Positions 35,884-46,150 of a stretch of 64,000 bases of DNA are shown in pieces. The first letter of the stretch is position 1. Every line of letters begins with the position of its first letter. The stretch lies in contig JBPBQP010000055.1 in NCBI GenBank assembly GCA_050954745.1, forward strand, positions 470 to 64,469, written 5' to 3'. The translations under genes were made by a program, and so were the position numbers. The notes below the pieces were generated by a model. The model did no database searches. It worked only from the letters and a program-made list of their open reading frames with translations, and was not told the DNA's origin. Source of the stretch: Janthinobacterium lividum (GTDB lineage Bacteria > Acidobacteriota > Terriglobia > Terriglobales > Acidobacteriaceae).

Positions 35884-37191
35884 ATGAGCCTGTTGCTGGA
35901 CCGATCGCGCGCACTGCAGCGCCGCGCCGAACAACTGATCCCTGGTGGGGTCGATTCGCCCGTGCGGGCCTTCCGTTCCGTGGGCGGCGACCCGCCCTTC
36001 GTGGATCGCGCCGAGGGTGCCTACCTGTACGACGTAGACGGCAATCGCTACATCGACTTCTTCGGTTCGTGGGGCCCCATGATCCTGGGCCATGCTGCGC
36101 CCGTGGTGGTGGAAGCGGTACGCGAGGCAGCAGGGAAGGGCACCAGTTTCGGCGCTTCTCACGCGGCAGAGGCAAAACTGGCAGATCTGATCCGGCAGGC
36201 CGTGCCCTCCATGCAGCGGCTGCGCTTCGTGTCGTCGGGCACGGAGGCAGTAATGAGCGCCATCCGCGTGGCACGCGCGTTTACGGGCCGCAACCGTATC
36301 CTGAAGTTTGAGGGCTGCTACCACGGCCACTCTGACGCGCTGCTGGTCAAGGCGGGCAGCGGCGTTGCAACGCTCGGCATTCCCGGTTCCGCGGGCATTC
36401 CGGTGGAGACGACGCAGTTCACCACCGCCATCCGCTACAACGACATCGACGAGGTGGAGCAGGTGTTTGCGCGGCACCCCGGCGAGATTGCCTGCATCAT
36501 CCTGGAAGCGGTCGTCGGCAACGCGGGCACCATTCTGCCGCAGCCAGGATACCTGCAGGCGCTAAGCGACATCTGCACGCGTGAGGGTGCGCTGCTGATT
36601 TTCGACGAGGTCATGACCGGCTTCCGCGTCGCCCTGGGCGGCGCACAGGCGCTTTACGGCATCGCGCCTGACATGACCACACTGGGCAAGATCATCGGCG
36701 GTGGACTGCCCGTGGGCGCGTTCGGCGGCCGCGCAGAGATCATGAACATGCTGGCGCCGCTCGGCCCTGTCTACCAGGCCGGCACGCTCAGCGGCAACCC
36801 GCTGGCCATGGCTGCAGGCATCGCCTGCCTGACGCAACTGATCAACGGTGGCGATACGTTCTACGCGAAGCTGGGTGAGAACACTCGCCGCATCGCGCAG
36901 GGTGTGGAAGACGCCGCAAAGCAGGCGGGCATCCCCATCTGCACGGCGCGTGAAGGATCGATGTTCACGTGGTTTTTCCAGGATGGCCCGGTGCACAACT
37001 TTGAAGACGCCACCAGGAGTGACACGGCCCTGTTCGGCCGGTTTCACCGCGGCATGCTGGAACACGGCGTGTGGCTGCCGCCCTCGCAGTTTGAGGCCGC
37101 TTTTGTGTCCTGCCTGCACGGCAGCGTCGAGATTGAGGCGACCGTTGCCGCCGCGGTCGAGGTCATCGCAGACATTCAACGCGAACGTTAA
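35884..37191 (+). CDS. hemL: Glutamate-1-semialdehyde 2,1-aminomutase
   Basis: ORF 34888..37191 trimmed to ATG 35884 ([30 protein letters not shown]); the upstream part is antisense to purM. Motifs [14 protein letters not shown] and [16 protein letters not shown] (PLP lysine). Confidence 0.95.
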   Translation: MSLLLDRSRALQRRAEQLIPGGVDSPVRAFRSVGGDPPFVDRAEGAYLYDVDGNRYIDFFGSWGPMILGHAAPVVVEAVREAAGKGTSFGASHAAEAKLADLIRQAVPSMQRLRFVSSGTEAVMSAIRVARAFTGRNRILKFEGCYHGHSDALLVKAGSGVATLGIPGSAGIPVETTQFTTAIRYNDIDEVEQVFARHPGEIACIILEAVVGNAGTILPQPGYLQALSDICTREGALLIFDEVMTGFRVALGGAQALYGIAPDMTTLGKIIGGGLPVGAFGGRAEIMNMLAPLGPVYQAGTLSGNPLAMAAGIACLTQLINGGDTFYAKLGENTRRIAQGVEDAAKQAGIPICTAREGSMFTWFFQDGPVHNFEDATRSDTALFGRFHRGMLEHGVWLPPSQFEAAFVSCLHGSVEIEATVAAAVEVIADIQRER

Positions 37192-37198
37192 CGCATAA

Positions 37199-37227
37199 AG
37201 AAAGGCCGCAGGATTCGCGGCCTTTCT
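37199..37227. terminator. Bidirectional rho-independent terminator between convergent hemL and the SOD gene
   Basis: AGAAAGGCCGC-aggattc-GCGGCCTTTCT, a perfect 11-bp stem with A/T runs on both sides. Confidence 0.8.
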
Positions 37228-37247
37228 CTATGCAGATTGCAGCCTGC

Positions 37248-37862
37248 TTAGTAGCTCTTCGCAGTTGCAAAGCGCTCGTTCACGGCATCCCAGTTCACCG
37301 TATTCCACCAGTTGGCCAGATACTCGGGGCGCTTGTTCTGGTACTTCAAGTAGTAGGCATGCTCCCAGACGTCGTTGCCCAGAATGGGGTAGCTGCCCTG
37401 CGAGATGGGGTTGTCCTGGTTCGGCGTGGTGGTGATGGCCAGCTTGCCGCCCTTGAAGATCACCCATCCCCAACCGCTGCCAAACTGCTTGGCAGTGGTT
37501 TCATTGAAGGTCTTCTTAAAGGTTTCGTAGTCACCGAAGTCGGCCTTGATCTGTTCGCCGATAGCACCAGCTGGCTCTCCGCCGCCGCCCGGCTTCATGA
37601 TCTCCCAGAACATGGTGTGGTTGACGTGGCCGCCGCCGCTGTTACGAACGACCGCGCGAACGTCTTCGGGAATCGCATCCAGGTTCTTGAGCAGTTCTTC
37701 CGGCGTCTTGGCGCCCAACTCCGCGTGCTTTTCCACCGCACCGTTCAGGTTCGTGACGTAGGTCGCATGGTGCTTGTCGTGGTGAAGCTTCATGGTCGCT
37801 TCGTCGATGTGCGGCTCAAGGGCATTGTAGTCGTAGGGCAGTGCGGGAAGTTCAAAGGGCAC
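37248..37862 (-). CDS. Fe/Mn-family superoxide dismutase
   Basis: ORF 37248..38072 trimmed to GTG 37862 (AGGAGA 6 nt upstream), giving (M)PFELPALPYDYNALEPHI. Motifs HHDKHH and DVWEHAYYL. Confidence 0.9.
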   Translation of the reverse strand: MPFELPALPYDYNALEPHIDEATMKLHHDKHHATYVTNLNGAVEKHAELGAKTPEELLKNLDAIPEDVRAVVRNSGGGHVNHTMFWEIMKPGGGGEPAGAIGEQIKADFGDYETFKKTFNETTAKQFGSGWGWVIFKGGKLAITTTPNQDNPISQGSYPILGNDVWEHAYYLKYQNKRPEYLANWWNTVNWDAVNERFATAKSY

Positions 37863-38070
37863 GGTTGGTCTCCTGTTACTTCGTTCCGGTTGGGCGTTCA
37901 AAAGTGTCGCACTTTGAGCGCGTCGGGTGGTTGGATGCGGGTCTACGACGCACGGATGCGCCTGTGCGACGATTGCGGGCGGAGACTCGGGAGGCCGGAT
38001 CTGCCACGAGAAACAGGGCCACTTTCGCCCGGTCCTTTCCGTGTGGCAACCTAGGTGTAATGGTGCCAGC

Positions 38071-40500
38071 ATGAATGCTTTAACCGCCGCCTACCACTGG
38101 CTTGACGATCAGGGCCCCGCTTTTGGCGCACCCGGGCTGGAAGCTCGGTGGACATCCAGCAAAAAAGACGCCGTCTGCACTGCCTACGCTGCCAGCAGCC
38201 GGGTCTGGTTCACCGTTTCCCACGGCACCCTGAATGAAATCTACTACCCCACGATCGACCGTCCCCAGACGCGCGATATGGAACTGATCTTCACGGACGG
38301 GGAGACCTTCGTCCACGAAGAAAAGCGCGACTACGAGTTCGACTTCCAATACATCGATCCCGATTCGCTCGCGGTACGTGTCGTTGCCAGCGACCTGGGC
38401 GGCCGCTACACCGTGACGAAGGAGTTCGTCAGCGACCCCCACCACCCCGTGGTGCTCATGCACGTCAAGGTCGAGGGTGAGGAGTCGGTGCTGTCGCGTC
38501 TGAAGTGTTACGCGCTGCTGGCGCCGCACCTGGATGGTGGCGGCGCAGGGAACTCCGCGCGTTCCATCCAGGTCGCGGGTCAGCGTGCCATCCTTGCCTG
38601 GAAAGACAATACGTCGCTTTGCATGGGTGTCGATTGCGGCTTTACGCGCAGTTCCTGCGGCTACGTCGGGTCGTCCGACGGCTACCAGGACCTGACCACC
38701 AACATGCGCATGGACTGGGAGTTTGGCCAGGCGCTGGATGGAAACATCGCCGTCATGGGCGAGATCGATGTCGCGAAGCAGCGCGAATTTACGATTGCCA
38801 TTGCCTTCGGGGACGGCTACCACGCCGCCCTGTCTGGCATGATGCAGTCGCTCTCCATGCCGTTCGCGCTGCACCTGAAGCGCTACATCGAGCAGTGGCA
38901 CCGCGCCGGTAGCCCGGAGCGGTTGGCCACGGCGTCGCACGACAACGGACGGCTCATGCGCGTCAGCCACAACACCATCCTGGCGCATGAGGATAAGACG
39001 TATTCCGGTGCGTTCATCGCATCCGCTTCCATTCCGTGGGGCAACGCCAAGGGCGATGACGACTTGGGCGGCTACCACCTGGTGTGGACGCGTGACATGA
39101 TCCAGTCCGCAACGGCGCTGCTGGCGTGCGGGCGCATCGATACGGCCCGCCGTGCGTTGGTCTACCTGGCCTGCACGCAGCGGCCTGACGGCTCGTTCGC
39201 ACAGAATTTTTGGATCGACGGCACGCCCTACTGGACGGGCATCCAGCTGGACGAGGTCGCATTTCCCATCATGCTGGCGTGGCGACTGTGGAAACAGGAC
39301 GGCCTGGGCAACTTCGACGTGTTCCCATTTGTGGAGCAGGCGGCGGCGTTTCTGGTCCGCTACGCACCGGTCACGCAGCAGGAGCGATGGGAAGAAACCG
39401 CTGGGTACTCGCCATCGACGCTGGCGACCGTCATCTCTGCCCTAGTTTGTGCCGCAGACATTGCACGCGCACACCACTCGCCGGAGCTGGGCACCTTTCT
39501 GGAAAGCTACGCCGACTGGATCGAAGCGCACCTGGACGAGTGGACCACCACCGACGACGGCGTTCTGCTGCCGGGTGTAAAGCGCCATTACGTCCGCATT
39601 CAGCCGCCCAAACCGGGCGAGCCGTTCTACAACGCTGACTTTGGCGAGGGTCGGTACAACATAGCCAACCGTGCGCCAGGCGAGCAGTTCAACTTCGCCG
39701 CCAACGAGGTCATCGACGGTGGATTTCTCGAGCTGGTGCGCTACGGTGTGCGCCGTGCTGACGACCCTTTGATCGTCGATACGCTCAAGGTGGTCGACCA
39801 CGTCCTGAAGATCGACACGCCCTATGGTTCCTGCTGGCGGCGTTACAACCACGACGGCTACGGGCAGCAGAAGGATGGCGGCCCCTTCATTCACTATGGT
39901 CAGGGCCGTGCATGGCCTATCCTGACCGGCGAGCGTGCCCACTACGAATTGGCGGCAGGCGGCAACTTCACGCAGCACATCAAGGCAATGGAGCGCTTCT
40001 CCTCCGTTGGCGGCATGCTGCCCGAGCAGGTCTGGGACTATGCAGATCTGCCGGACAAGGGGCTGTACTTCGGCAGGTCTGCCGGGTCTGCCCAGCCGTT
40101 GGTGTGGGCACATGCGGAGTACGTCAAGCTGCTTCGCTCTGCCGTGGATGGCAAGGTCTTCGATCGCATCTCTGTCGTGGAAGAACGCTATGGCGTGCGC
40201 CAGGAAGACCGCACCTTCCGGAGTGAAGTGGAGTTCTTCCAGGTCTCCCGGCCCATCGCCCGGCTGGCCGCGGGCAAGCGGCTGCAGGTGCTGGACGGAT
40301 CACGGTTCCGTGTGGTCTGGACCGTCGACAACTGGCAAACCACCAACAGCACGGATGCAAAACTGATCGGCTACCCCGGCTTTTCAGCGGAACTGCCAGT
40401 TGTCGCGGGCACAACCGGCGTACTGGAGTTGACGCTCAACTGGCCCACGGAGGATCGTTGGCTGGGTACCAATTACCAGGTGCTGCTGCAGGAGGAATAG
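38071..40500 (+). CDS. Glucoamylase (glucan 1,4-alpha-glucosidase), GH15 bacterial type with N-terminal beta-sandwich domain
   Basis: ORF 37927..40500 trimmed to ATG 38071 (MNALTAAYHWLDD...). Motifs GYHLVWTRDM and QERWEETAGYSPSTLA are typical of the GH15 catalytic (alpha/alpha)6 domain. Confidence 0.85.
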   Translation: MNALTAAYHWLDDQGPAFGAPGLEARWTSSKKDAVCTAYAASSRVWFTVSHGTLNEIYYPTIDRPQTRDMELIFTDGETFVHEEKRDYEFDFQYIDPDSLAVRVVASDLGGRYTVTKEFVSDPHHPVVLMHVKVEGEESVLSRLKCYALLAPHLDGGGAGNSARSIQVAGQRAILAWKDNTSLCMGVDCGFTRSSCGYVGSSDGYQDLTTNMRMDWEFGQALDGNIAVMGEIDVAKQREFTIAIAFGDGYHAALSGMMQSLSMPFALHLKRYIEQWHRAGSPERLATASHDNGRLMRVSHNTILAHEDKTYSGAFIASASIPWGNAKGDDDLGGYHLVWTRDMIQSATALLACGRIDTARRALVYLACTQRPDGSFAQNFWIDGTPYWTGIQLDEVAFPIMLAWRLWKQDGLGNFDVFPFVEQAAAFLVRYAPVTQQERWEETAGYSPSTLATVISALVCAADIARAHHSPELGTFLESYADWIEAHLDEWTTTDDGVLLPGVKRHYVRIQPPKPGEPFYNADFGEGRYNIANRAPGEQFNFAANEVIDGGFLELVRYGVRRADDPLIVDTLKVVDHVLKIDTPYGSCWRRYNHDGYGQQKDGGPFIHYGQGRAWPILTGERAHYELAAGGNFTQHIKAMERFSSVGGMLPEQVWDYADLPDKGLYFGRSAGSAQPLVWAHAEYVKLLRSAVDGKVFDRISVVEERYGVRQEDRTFRSEVEFFQVSRPIARLAAGKRLQVLDGSRFRVVWTVDNWQTTNSTDAKLIGYPGFSAELPVVAGTTGVLELTLNWPTEDRWLGTNYQVLLQEE

Positions 40501-40657
40501 ACCGACCGTTCACTTGGCAGGTGCTCCCGGCTTGTACACTGGGCGGAACGCGTTTTGAAGCAGCAGTGAAAGCGCGACAACTTTTCAAACGCAGGCGGCT
40601 GTCCGACCTGTAGATCCACGATCCGGCGCCGCGGCGCCTATACCGCAGAGGGAACGA

Positions 40658-42640
40658 ATGACCGATCTCGACAAGCTTTCCATTGACACTCTCCGGCTGC
40701 TTGCAGTCGACGCCATCGAACGCGCGGCAAACGGTCACCCAGGCGCGCCCATTGCATTGTCGCCGCTGGCCTACCTGCTCTTTGCGAAGAACATGAAGCA
40801 TGATCCTTCGGACCACACCTGGACCGATCGCGATCGCTTTGTCCTTTCGAACGGCCACGCGTCCATGCTGCAGTACGGTGCCCTGCACCTCTCCGGCTAC
40901 AACCTGTCACTGGACGATCTGAAGAACTTCCGCCAATGGCATTCCAAGGCTCCGGGTCATCCTGAGTTTGGCTTTACCGATGGCGTTGAAGTGACCACCG
41001 GTCCGTTGGGCCAGGGCCTTGGCATGTCGGTCGGCCTGGCCATTGCGGAAAAGCACCTTGCCGCCATTTATAACCAGCCGGACATGGAAATCGTCGATCA
41101 CCACACCTACTGCATCGTGGGTGACGGCTGTCTGATGGAAGGCATCTCGCACGAGTCCTGTTCGCTGGCCGGTACGCTCGGCCTGGGCAAGCTCATTGTC
41201 TTCTACGACGACAATCTGATCTCGCTGGACGGCCCCACCGAGCTGAGCTTTACGGAAGATGTGGACAAGCGCTTTGACGCCTACAACTGGCACGTGCAGT
41301 TTGTAGATGACGGCAACGACCTGGCAAAGCTGCAGCAGGCCATCAACATCGCCAAGGCCGAGACCAAGAAGCCGTCGCTGATCCGGGTTCGTACGATCAT
41401 CGGCTACGGTTCGCCCAAGGCAGGCACCAGCAAGGTACACGGTGAGGCGCTGGGCAAGGAAGCCACTCGTAAGACGAAGGAATTTTTCGGTTTCGATCCG
41501 GATGTTGACTTCGCCGAGCCGCAGGCTGCGCTGGACAACTGGGGACAGGTCAAGACCCGCGGCAAGGAATCGCACGAGGCCTGGTCTGAGCTGTTTGCCA
41601 AGTACAAGACCGCCCACCCCGAGCTGGCAACCCAGTTTGAGCGCATTATCAAGGGCGAACTGCCGGCGGACTGGGCAAAGGACATGAAGCCCTTCCCAAC
41701 CGAGAAGGCGATTGCAACACGATCTGCCGGCGAAGTGGTGCTGCAGGCCATCGGCAAGGCGCTGCCAGAAGTCATGGGCGGCGCGGCTGACCTTACCTCG
41801 TCGACCAAGACGATCTTCAAGGATTCCGCCAAGTTCCATGACGATCCAAAGGGCAAGAACATCTTCTTTGGTGTTCGCGAGTTCGGCATGTGCGCAGCCG
41901 TAAACGGCATGGCGGCGCACGGCGGCTTCATCTCGTTCGGCTCGACGTTCTTTGTCTTCTCGGACTACTGCCGTCCGGCCATCCGCATGGCCGCACTGAT
42001 GAGCACGCACTCCATGTTCGTTTACACGCACGATTCCATCGGCCTGGGCGCAGACGGCCCGACCCACCAGCCGGTGGAGCACCTGATGAGCCTGCGCGCC
42101 ATTCCGCAGCTCTCCGACTTCCGCCCTGCCGACGCCAACGAGACCATCGCCTGCTACCAGATGATGATCGAACGCAAGCGGGCGTCGTTCATGGCGCTGT
42201 CGCGGCAGGACCTGCCCGTACTCGACCACACCAAGTACAACGTGCTGGAAGGCCCAAAGAAGGGCGCATATGTCCTGGTCGATGTCGAGAATCCTGACGT
42301 CATCGTGGTCGCGACCGGCTCTGAAGTGTCGCTGGTCATGAAGACCCTGCCCGAGTTTGAAAAGGCAGGTCTGAAGGCGCGCGTCATTTCCATGCCATCG
42401 TTCGCTGTCTTTGAAGAGCAGGACGAAGCGTACAAGATGAGCATCTTCCCGCATGGCACGCCAAAGGTAGCCGTGGAAGCTGGTGCGACCATGGGCTGGT
42501 GGAAGTATGTCGGACGCGACGGCGGCATCGTCGGCCTCGACCACTTCGGCGGTTCCGCGCCGGGACCAGAAGTGCTTGCGCACTTCAAGTTCACGCCAGA
42601 AGCCATTGTCGAAGCTGCAAAGCACGCAATGGCTCGCTAG
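40658..42640 (+). CDS. tkt: Transketolase
   Basis: 660 aa. ANGHPGAP, GPLGQGL, VGDGCLMEGISHE and HDSIGLGADGPTHQP are motifs of transketolase. Confidence 0.97.
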   Translation: MTDLDKLSIDTLRLLAVDAIERAANGHPGAPIALSPLAYLLFAKNMKHDPSDHTWTDRDRFVLSNGHASMLQYGALHLSGYNLSLDDLKNFRQWHSKAPGHPEFGFTDGVEVTTGPLGQGLGMSVGLAIAEKHLAAIYNQPDMEIVDHHTYCIVGDGCLMEGISHESCSLAGTLGLGKLIVFYDDNLISLDGPTELSFTEDVDKRFDAYNWHVQFVDDGNDLAKLQQAINIAKAETKKPSLIRVRTIIGYGSPKAGTSKVHGEALGKEATRKTKEFFGFDPDVDFAEPQAALDNWGQVKTRGKESHEAWSELFAKYKTAHPELATQFERIIKGELPADWAKDMKPFPTEKAIATRSAGEVVLQAIGKALPEVMGGAADLTSSTKTIFKDSAKFHDDPKGKNIFFGVREFGMCAAVNGMAAHGGFISFGSTFFVFSDYCRPAIRMAALMSTHSMFVYTHDSIGLGADGPTHQPVEHLMSLRAIPQLSDFRPADANETIACYQMMIERKRASFMALSRQDLPVLDHTKYNVLEGPKKGAYVLVDVENPDVIVVATGSEVSLVMKTLPEFEKAGLKARVISMPSFAVFEEQDEAYKMSIFPHGTPKVAVEAGATMGWWKYVGRDGGIVGLDHFGGSAPGPEVLAHFKFTPEAIVEAAKHAMAR

Positions 42641-42725
42641 GTAATCAGCCGGTCGCGCAAACCCTCGCAGCGACCGGCTCCGCTTTACGCCTCACACAGA
42701 TCATTAAGAACGGAAGAGGATCCTC

Positions 42726-43631
42726 ATGGAAATTGGTCTCATCGGTCTCGGCAAAATGGGCGGCAACATGGCGGAGCGTCTGCGCCTCGGCGGCCACAAG
42801 GTAGTCGGTTTTGACTTCAACAAGGCAGCTACCGAGAAGCTTACGGCAGCAGGTTCCACGGGCGTCGATTCGCTCGAAGACCTGGTGAAGAACATGCAGT
42901 GCCCCCGCGCCATCTGGATCATGGTGCCCGAAGGCAAGCCGGTTGACGAGACCATCGAAAAGCTCAAGCCCCTGATGCAGAAGGGGGACATCTTCATCGA
43001 CGGCGGCAACTCCAACTACAAGGATTCCATGCGTCGCCACGCAGCCCTGAAGCTCGAAGGCTTTGAGTTTGTCGACGTGGGTACCAGCGGCGGCGTCTGG
43101 GGCCTGAAAGAGGGCTACAGCATGATGGTTGGCGGCGACGAAGACATCGTCGAGAAGATTCGCCCCGTGTTGGAGACACTCGCACCCGCGCCGAACCAGG
43201 GTTGGGGACGCACCGGCCCCAGCGGTGCAGGTCACTTCGTCAAGATGGTCCACAACGGCATTGAGTACGGCATGATGCAGGCCTATGCCGAGGGCTTCGC
43301 CATCATGGATGCGAAAAAGGAACTAAACCTGGACAACGGCCAAATTGCCGAGATCTGGCGTTACGGTTCGGTCGTCCGTTCGTGGCTGCTAGACCTTACG
43401 GCAGAGGCGCTGCAGCACAACCCCGAACTGAAGGGCATTGCGCCGTACGTGACCGACTCCGGCGAAGGCCGTTGGACCGTCTTCGAGGCCATTGACCTGA
43501 ACGTGTCCGCACCCATCATTACGGAATCGCTCATTCGCCGCCTGCGTTCGCGCGAAGACAACAACCTGACCGACCGCATGCTGTCGGTGATGCGGAACGC
43601 CTTTGGCGGGCACGCCATGAAGACGGAGTAG
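42726..43631 (+). CDS. gnd: 6-phosphogluconate dehydrogenase (decarboxylating), short 300-aa form
   Basis: Rossmann N-terminus IGLIGLGKMGGNMAERL, plus GHFVKMVHNGIEYGMMQAYAEGF. Confidence 0.9.
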   Translation: MEIGLIGLGKMGGNMAERLRLGGHKVVGFDFNKAATEKLTAAGSTGVDSLEDLVKNMQCPRAIWIMVPEGKPVDETIEKLKPLMQKGDIFIDGGNSNYKDSMRRHAALKLEGFEFVDVGTSGGVWGLKEGYSMMVGGDEDIVEKIRPVLETLAPAPNQGWGRTGPSGAGHFVKMVHNGIEYGMMQAYAEGFAIMDAKKELNLDNGQIAEIWRYGSVVRSWLLDLTAEALQHNPELKGIAPYVTDSGEGRWTVFEAIDLNVSAPIITESLIRRLRSREDNNLTDRMLSVMRNAFGGHAMKTE

Positions 43632-43698
43632 GTACGGCATCCGCCGTCACTCCCCGTCATCTAACCGAAAGCGTTCCTCAGGAAGAGAGATCAAGTAC

Positions 43699-45234
43699 AT
43701 GGCAACAAACGGCATTGACGTTTCGCAGGCGCAGGTGGAGGCGAACAAGGGCAAGGAAAGCACTCCCGAGCCTTGCATCGTCGTCATCTTCGGCGCCTCA
43801 GGCGACCTCACCAAGCGCAAGCTGCTGCCCGCGCTCTACCACCTTGACCAGCAGAACCTGCTGCCCGAAAAGTTTGCAGTCGTCGGCGTAGCCCGCCGCG
43901 ACCTGTCCGCCACCTTCGCGCCTGACATGAAGGACGGCATCCTGAAGGGTGGCGGCGTCGATGAGAAGGAAGAGAAGCTCGGCAAGTTTGTCGATCGCAT
44001 CCTCTATTTCAAGACAGAGTTCGACAACGACGAGGGCTTTGATGGCTTGAAGAAGTACCTTGCCGAGCAGGATGGCAAGTACGGCACGAACGGCAATCGT
44101 CTGTTCTACCTCGCGGTGGCGCCGGAGTACTTCGCCGACATTACGCAGCGGCTGGGCAAGCACGGCATGACGAACCACGAGGGCTCGGGTTGGGTCCGCT
44201 TCATTATCGAGAAGCCATTCGGCACCGATCTTGAAAGCGCGAAGAAACTCAACAGCGACATCAACGCCGTGTTGAGCGAAGACCAGATCTTTCGCATCGA
44301 CCATTACCTGGGCAAAGAGACGGTTCAGAACATTCCCGTCTTCCGCTTTGGCAACGGCATCTTCGAGCCGCTTTGGAACCGCAACTACATTGACAGCGTC
44401 CAGATCACGGCTGCCGAAAGCATCGGCATTGAAGGCCGCGGACCGTTCTACGAGACCGCCGGTGCGCTGCGCGACGTGTTGCAGAACCATGTTATGGAAG
44501 TGCTATCGTTCGTCGCCATGGAACCACCAGACAGTTTCGAAGCGAAGGCTGTTCGCGTGGAAAAACTAAAGGTCTGGAAAGCCATCGAGCCCATTCCGGT
44601 GGAAGATACAGCGCGCGGCCAGTACGGTCCGGGCACTGTGGACGGTCAGCAGGTGAAGGGCTACCGCGAAGAAGATCGTGTCAGCACCGAGTCGCAGACC
44701 GAGACATACGCGGCCATGAAACTCAACATCGACAACTGGCGTTGGGCCGGTGTGCCTTTCTACATTCGTGCTGCCAAGCGCCTGCAGACCCGTGTGACCG
44801 AGGTGGTCATCACGTTCAAGCAGCCGCCGTTGCACATGTTCAAGGCATCTGCGGATGCCAACGCTGACCAGCTTGAACCTAATGTCCTCACCCTCCGCAT
44901 TCAGCCGGAGGACGGCATCTCACTCAAATTCGGCGCAAAGATTCCCGGACCAACGACCAACCTGGCGCAGGTGAAGATGAACTTCTCCTATGCGGATGTG
45001 TTCGGCAAGTCTTCTGCCAACGGCTACGAGCGGCTCTTGCTGGATGCCATGTTGGGCGACGGCACGCTGTTTGCTGAAGGGCAGGGCGTTGAGGCTACAT
45101 GGGCATTGATGACACCGATTCTCGAAGCCTGGAAGCAGCAGCAGAAGGAATTTCCCAATTACGCTGCTGGTTCCTGGGGTCCTGCCGAGGGCGACGATCT
45201 GCTGAAGCGTGATGGACGCTCCTGGCAGAACTAA
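43699..45234 (+). CDS. zwf: Glucose-6-phosphate 1-dehydrogenase
   Basis: FGASGDLTKRKLLPAL, RIDHYLGKE and the EKPFG motif. Confidence 0.97.
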   Translation: MATNGIDVSQAQVEANKGKESTPEPCIVVIFGASGDLTKRKLLPALYHLDQQNLLPEKFAVVGVARRDLSATFAPDMKDGILKGGGVDEKEEKLGKFVDRILYFKTEFDNDEGFDGLKKYLAEQDGKYGTNGNRLFYLAVAPEYFADITQRLGKHGMTNHEGSGWVRFIIEKPFGTDLESAKKLNSDINAVLSEDQIFRIDHYLGKETVQNIPVFRFGNGIFEPLWNRNYIDSVQITAAESIGIEGRGPFYETAGALRDVLQNHVMEVLSFVAMEPPDSFEAKAVRVEKLKVWKAIEPIPVEDTARGQYGPGTVDGQQVKGYREEDRVSTESQTETYAAMKLNIDNWRWAGVPFYIRAAKRLQTRVTEVVITFKQPPLHMFKASADANADQLEPNVLTLRIQPEDGISLKFGAKIPGPTTNLAQVKMNFSYADVFGKSSANGYERLLLDAMLGDGTLFAEGQGVEATWALMTPILEAWKQQQKEFPNYAAGSWGPAEGDDLLKRDGRSWQN

Positions 45235-45251
45235 CCACGATTGCTTTACAG

Positions 45252-45285
45252 AAGGCGCCGGTATCTTTACCGGCGCTTTTCTCTT
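45252..45285 (+). terminator. Rho-independent terminator after zwf
   Basis: AAGGCGCCGGTA-tctt-TACCGGCGCTTT stem followed by a T-rich TTCTCTT, 18 nt after the zwf stop. Confidence 0.75.
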
Positions 45286-45298
45286 ACACTCGACATCG

Positions 45299-45326
45299 TG
45301 CAATTTTGCAGATGCGATAGCGCATC
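45299..45326. promoter_or_regulatory. Two abutting perfect inverted repeats upstream of pgl
   Basis: TGCAA-tt-TTGCA (45299-45310), immediately followed by GATGCG-atag-CGCATC (45311-45326), 24 nt upstream of ATG 45350. Confidence 0.3.
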
Positions 45327-45349
45327 CCATGCACAAAGACTGGAACACC

Positions 45350-46150
45350 ATGGCTCAGAAATGTATTGCTGATTTTCTCGTCTTCGACACCCCGGATCGT
45401 GTTGCGCAGGCAGCTGCGGAAGTTTTTGTGAAGTACACGCAGGACGCGGTGCAGCAGCGTGGCGTAGCTCGCATCGCCATCTCAGGCGGCACCACACCAA
45501 AGCGCATGTTCGCGCTGCTGGCCGCAGAGCCGCTGATGTCCCAGGTGCCGTGGGACAAGCTGAACCTGTACTGGGTTGATGAGCGCTGCGTGGCGCCGGA
45601 CGACGCGGACTCAAACTATCGCATGACGCAGGAGCAGTTGCTCAGCAAAGTGCCGCTACCCGCCGCGAACATCTTCCGCATGGAAGGCGAGTTGGACCCG
45701 CACGAAGCTGCCTCAAAGTACGAAGCAGCGCTGCGTAACAGCTTCAAGCTGGAAGGCGCGCAGGCTCCGGCCTTCGACCTGATCCTGCTTGGCATGGGAG
45801 ACGACGGCCACACCGCATCGTTGTTCCCGCACAGCGCCGCCATCGATGAATTAGGCCGTCTGGTTGTGGCCAATGAAGTGGAAAACAAGAATCCGTTGCG
45901 CATCACACTGACCTGGCCGGTCATCAACCATGGCCGCTCGGTCGTCTTCCTGATCGAAGGTTCCGCTAAGTCAGATCGCCTGCACGAGGTACTGCTAGGG
46001 GACTACGAACCGGAGCGTCTGCCCTCGCAGTTGATCCGGCCGGAGAGTGGCAAACTGCACCTGCTGCTGGATGCCGAAGCCGCACGCCGCCTGCCGAAGG
46101 TAGGTATGCATGGCGATGCGGAGACTGGTGTGCTGGAGCTGACTCGATGA
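45350..46150 (+). CDS. pgl: 6-phosphogluconolactonase
   Basis: ORF 45209..46150 trimmed to ATG 45350 (an alternative ATG at 45329 is possible). Motifs IAISGGTTP, WVDERCV and LLGMGDDGHTASLFP. Confidence 0.9.
   Translation: MAQKCIADFLVFDTPDRVAQAAAEVFVKYTQDAVQQRGVARIAISGGTTPKRMFALLAAEPLMSQVPWDKLNLYWVDERCVAPDDADSNYRMTQEQLLSKVPLPAANIFRMEGELDPHEAASKYEAALRNSFKLEGAQAPAFDLILLGMGDDGHTASLFPHSAAIDELGRLVVANEVENKNPLRITLTWPVINHGRSVVFLIEGSAKSDRLHEVLLGDYEPERLPSQLIRPESGKLHLLLDAEAARRLPKVGMHGDAETGVLELTR

Noticed and set aside
40625-40638. Perfect 14-bp palindrome GGCGCCGCGGCGCC upstream of tkt
   Set aside because: It is pure GC. Such palindromes arise easily by chance in GC-rich DNA, and it has no flanking features that suggest function.
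40907-42625. 572-aa ORF antisense to transketolase
   Set aside because: The plus-strand ORF is an unmistakable transketolase over its full length. The antisense frame stays open only because of GC3 bias.
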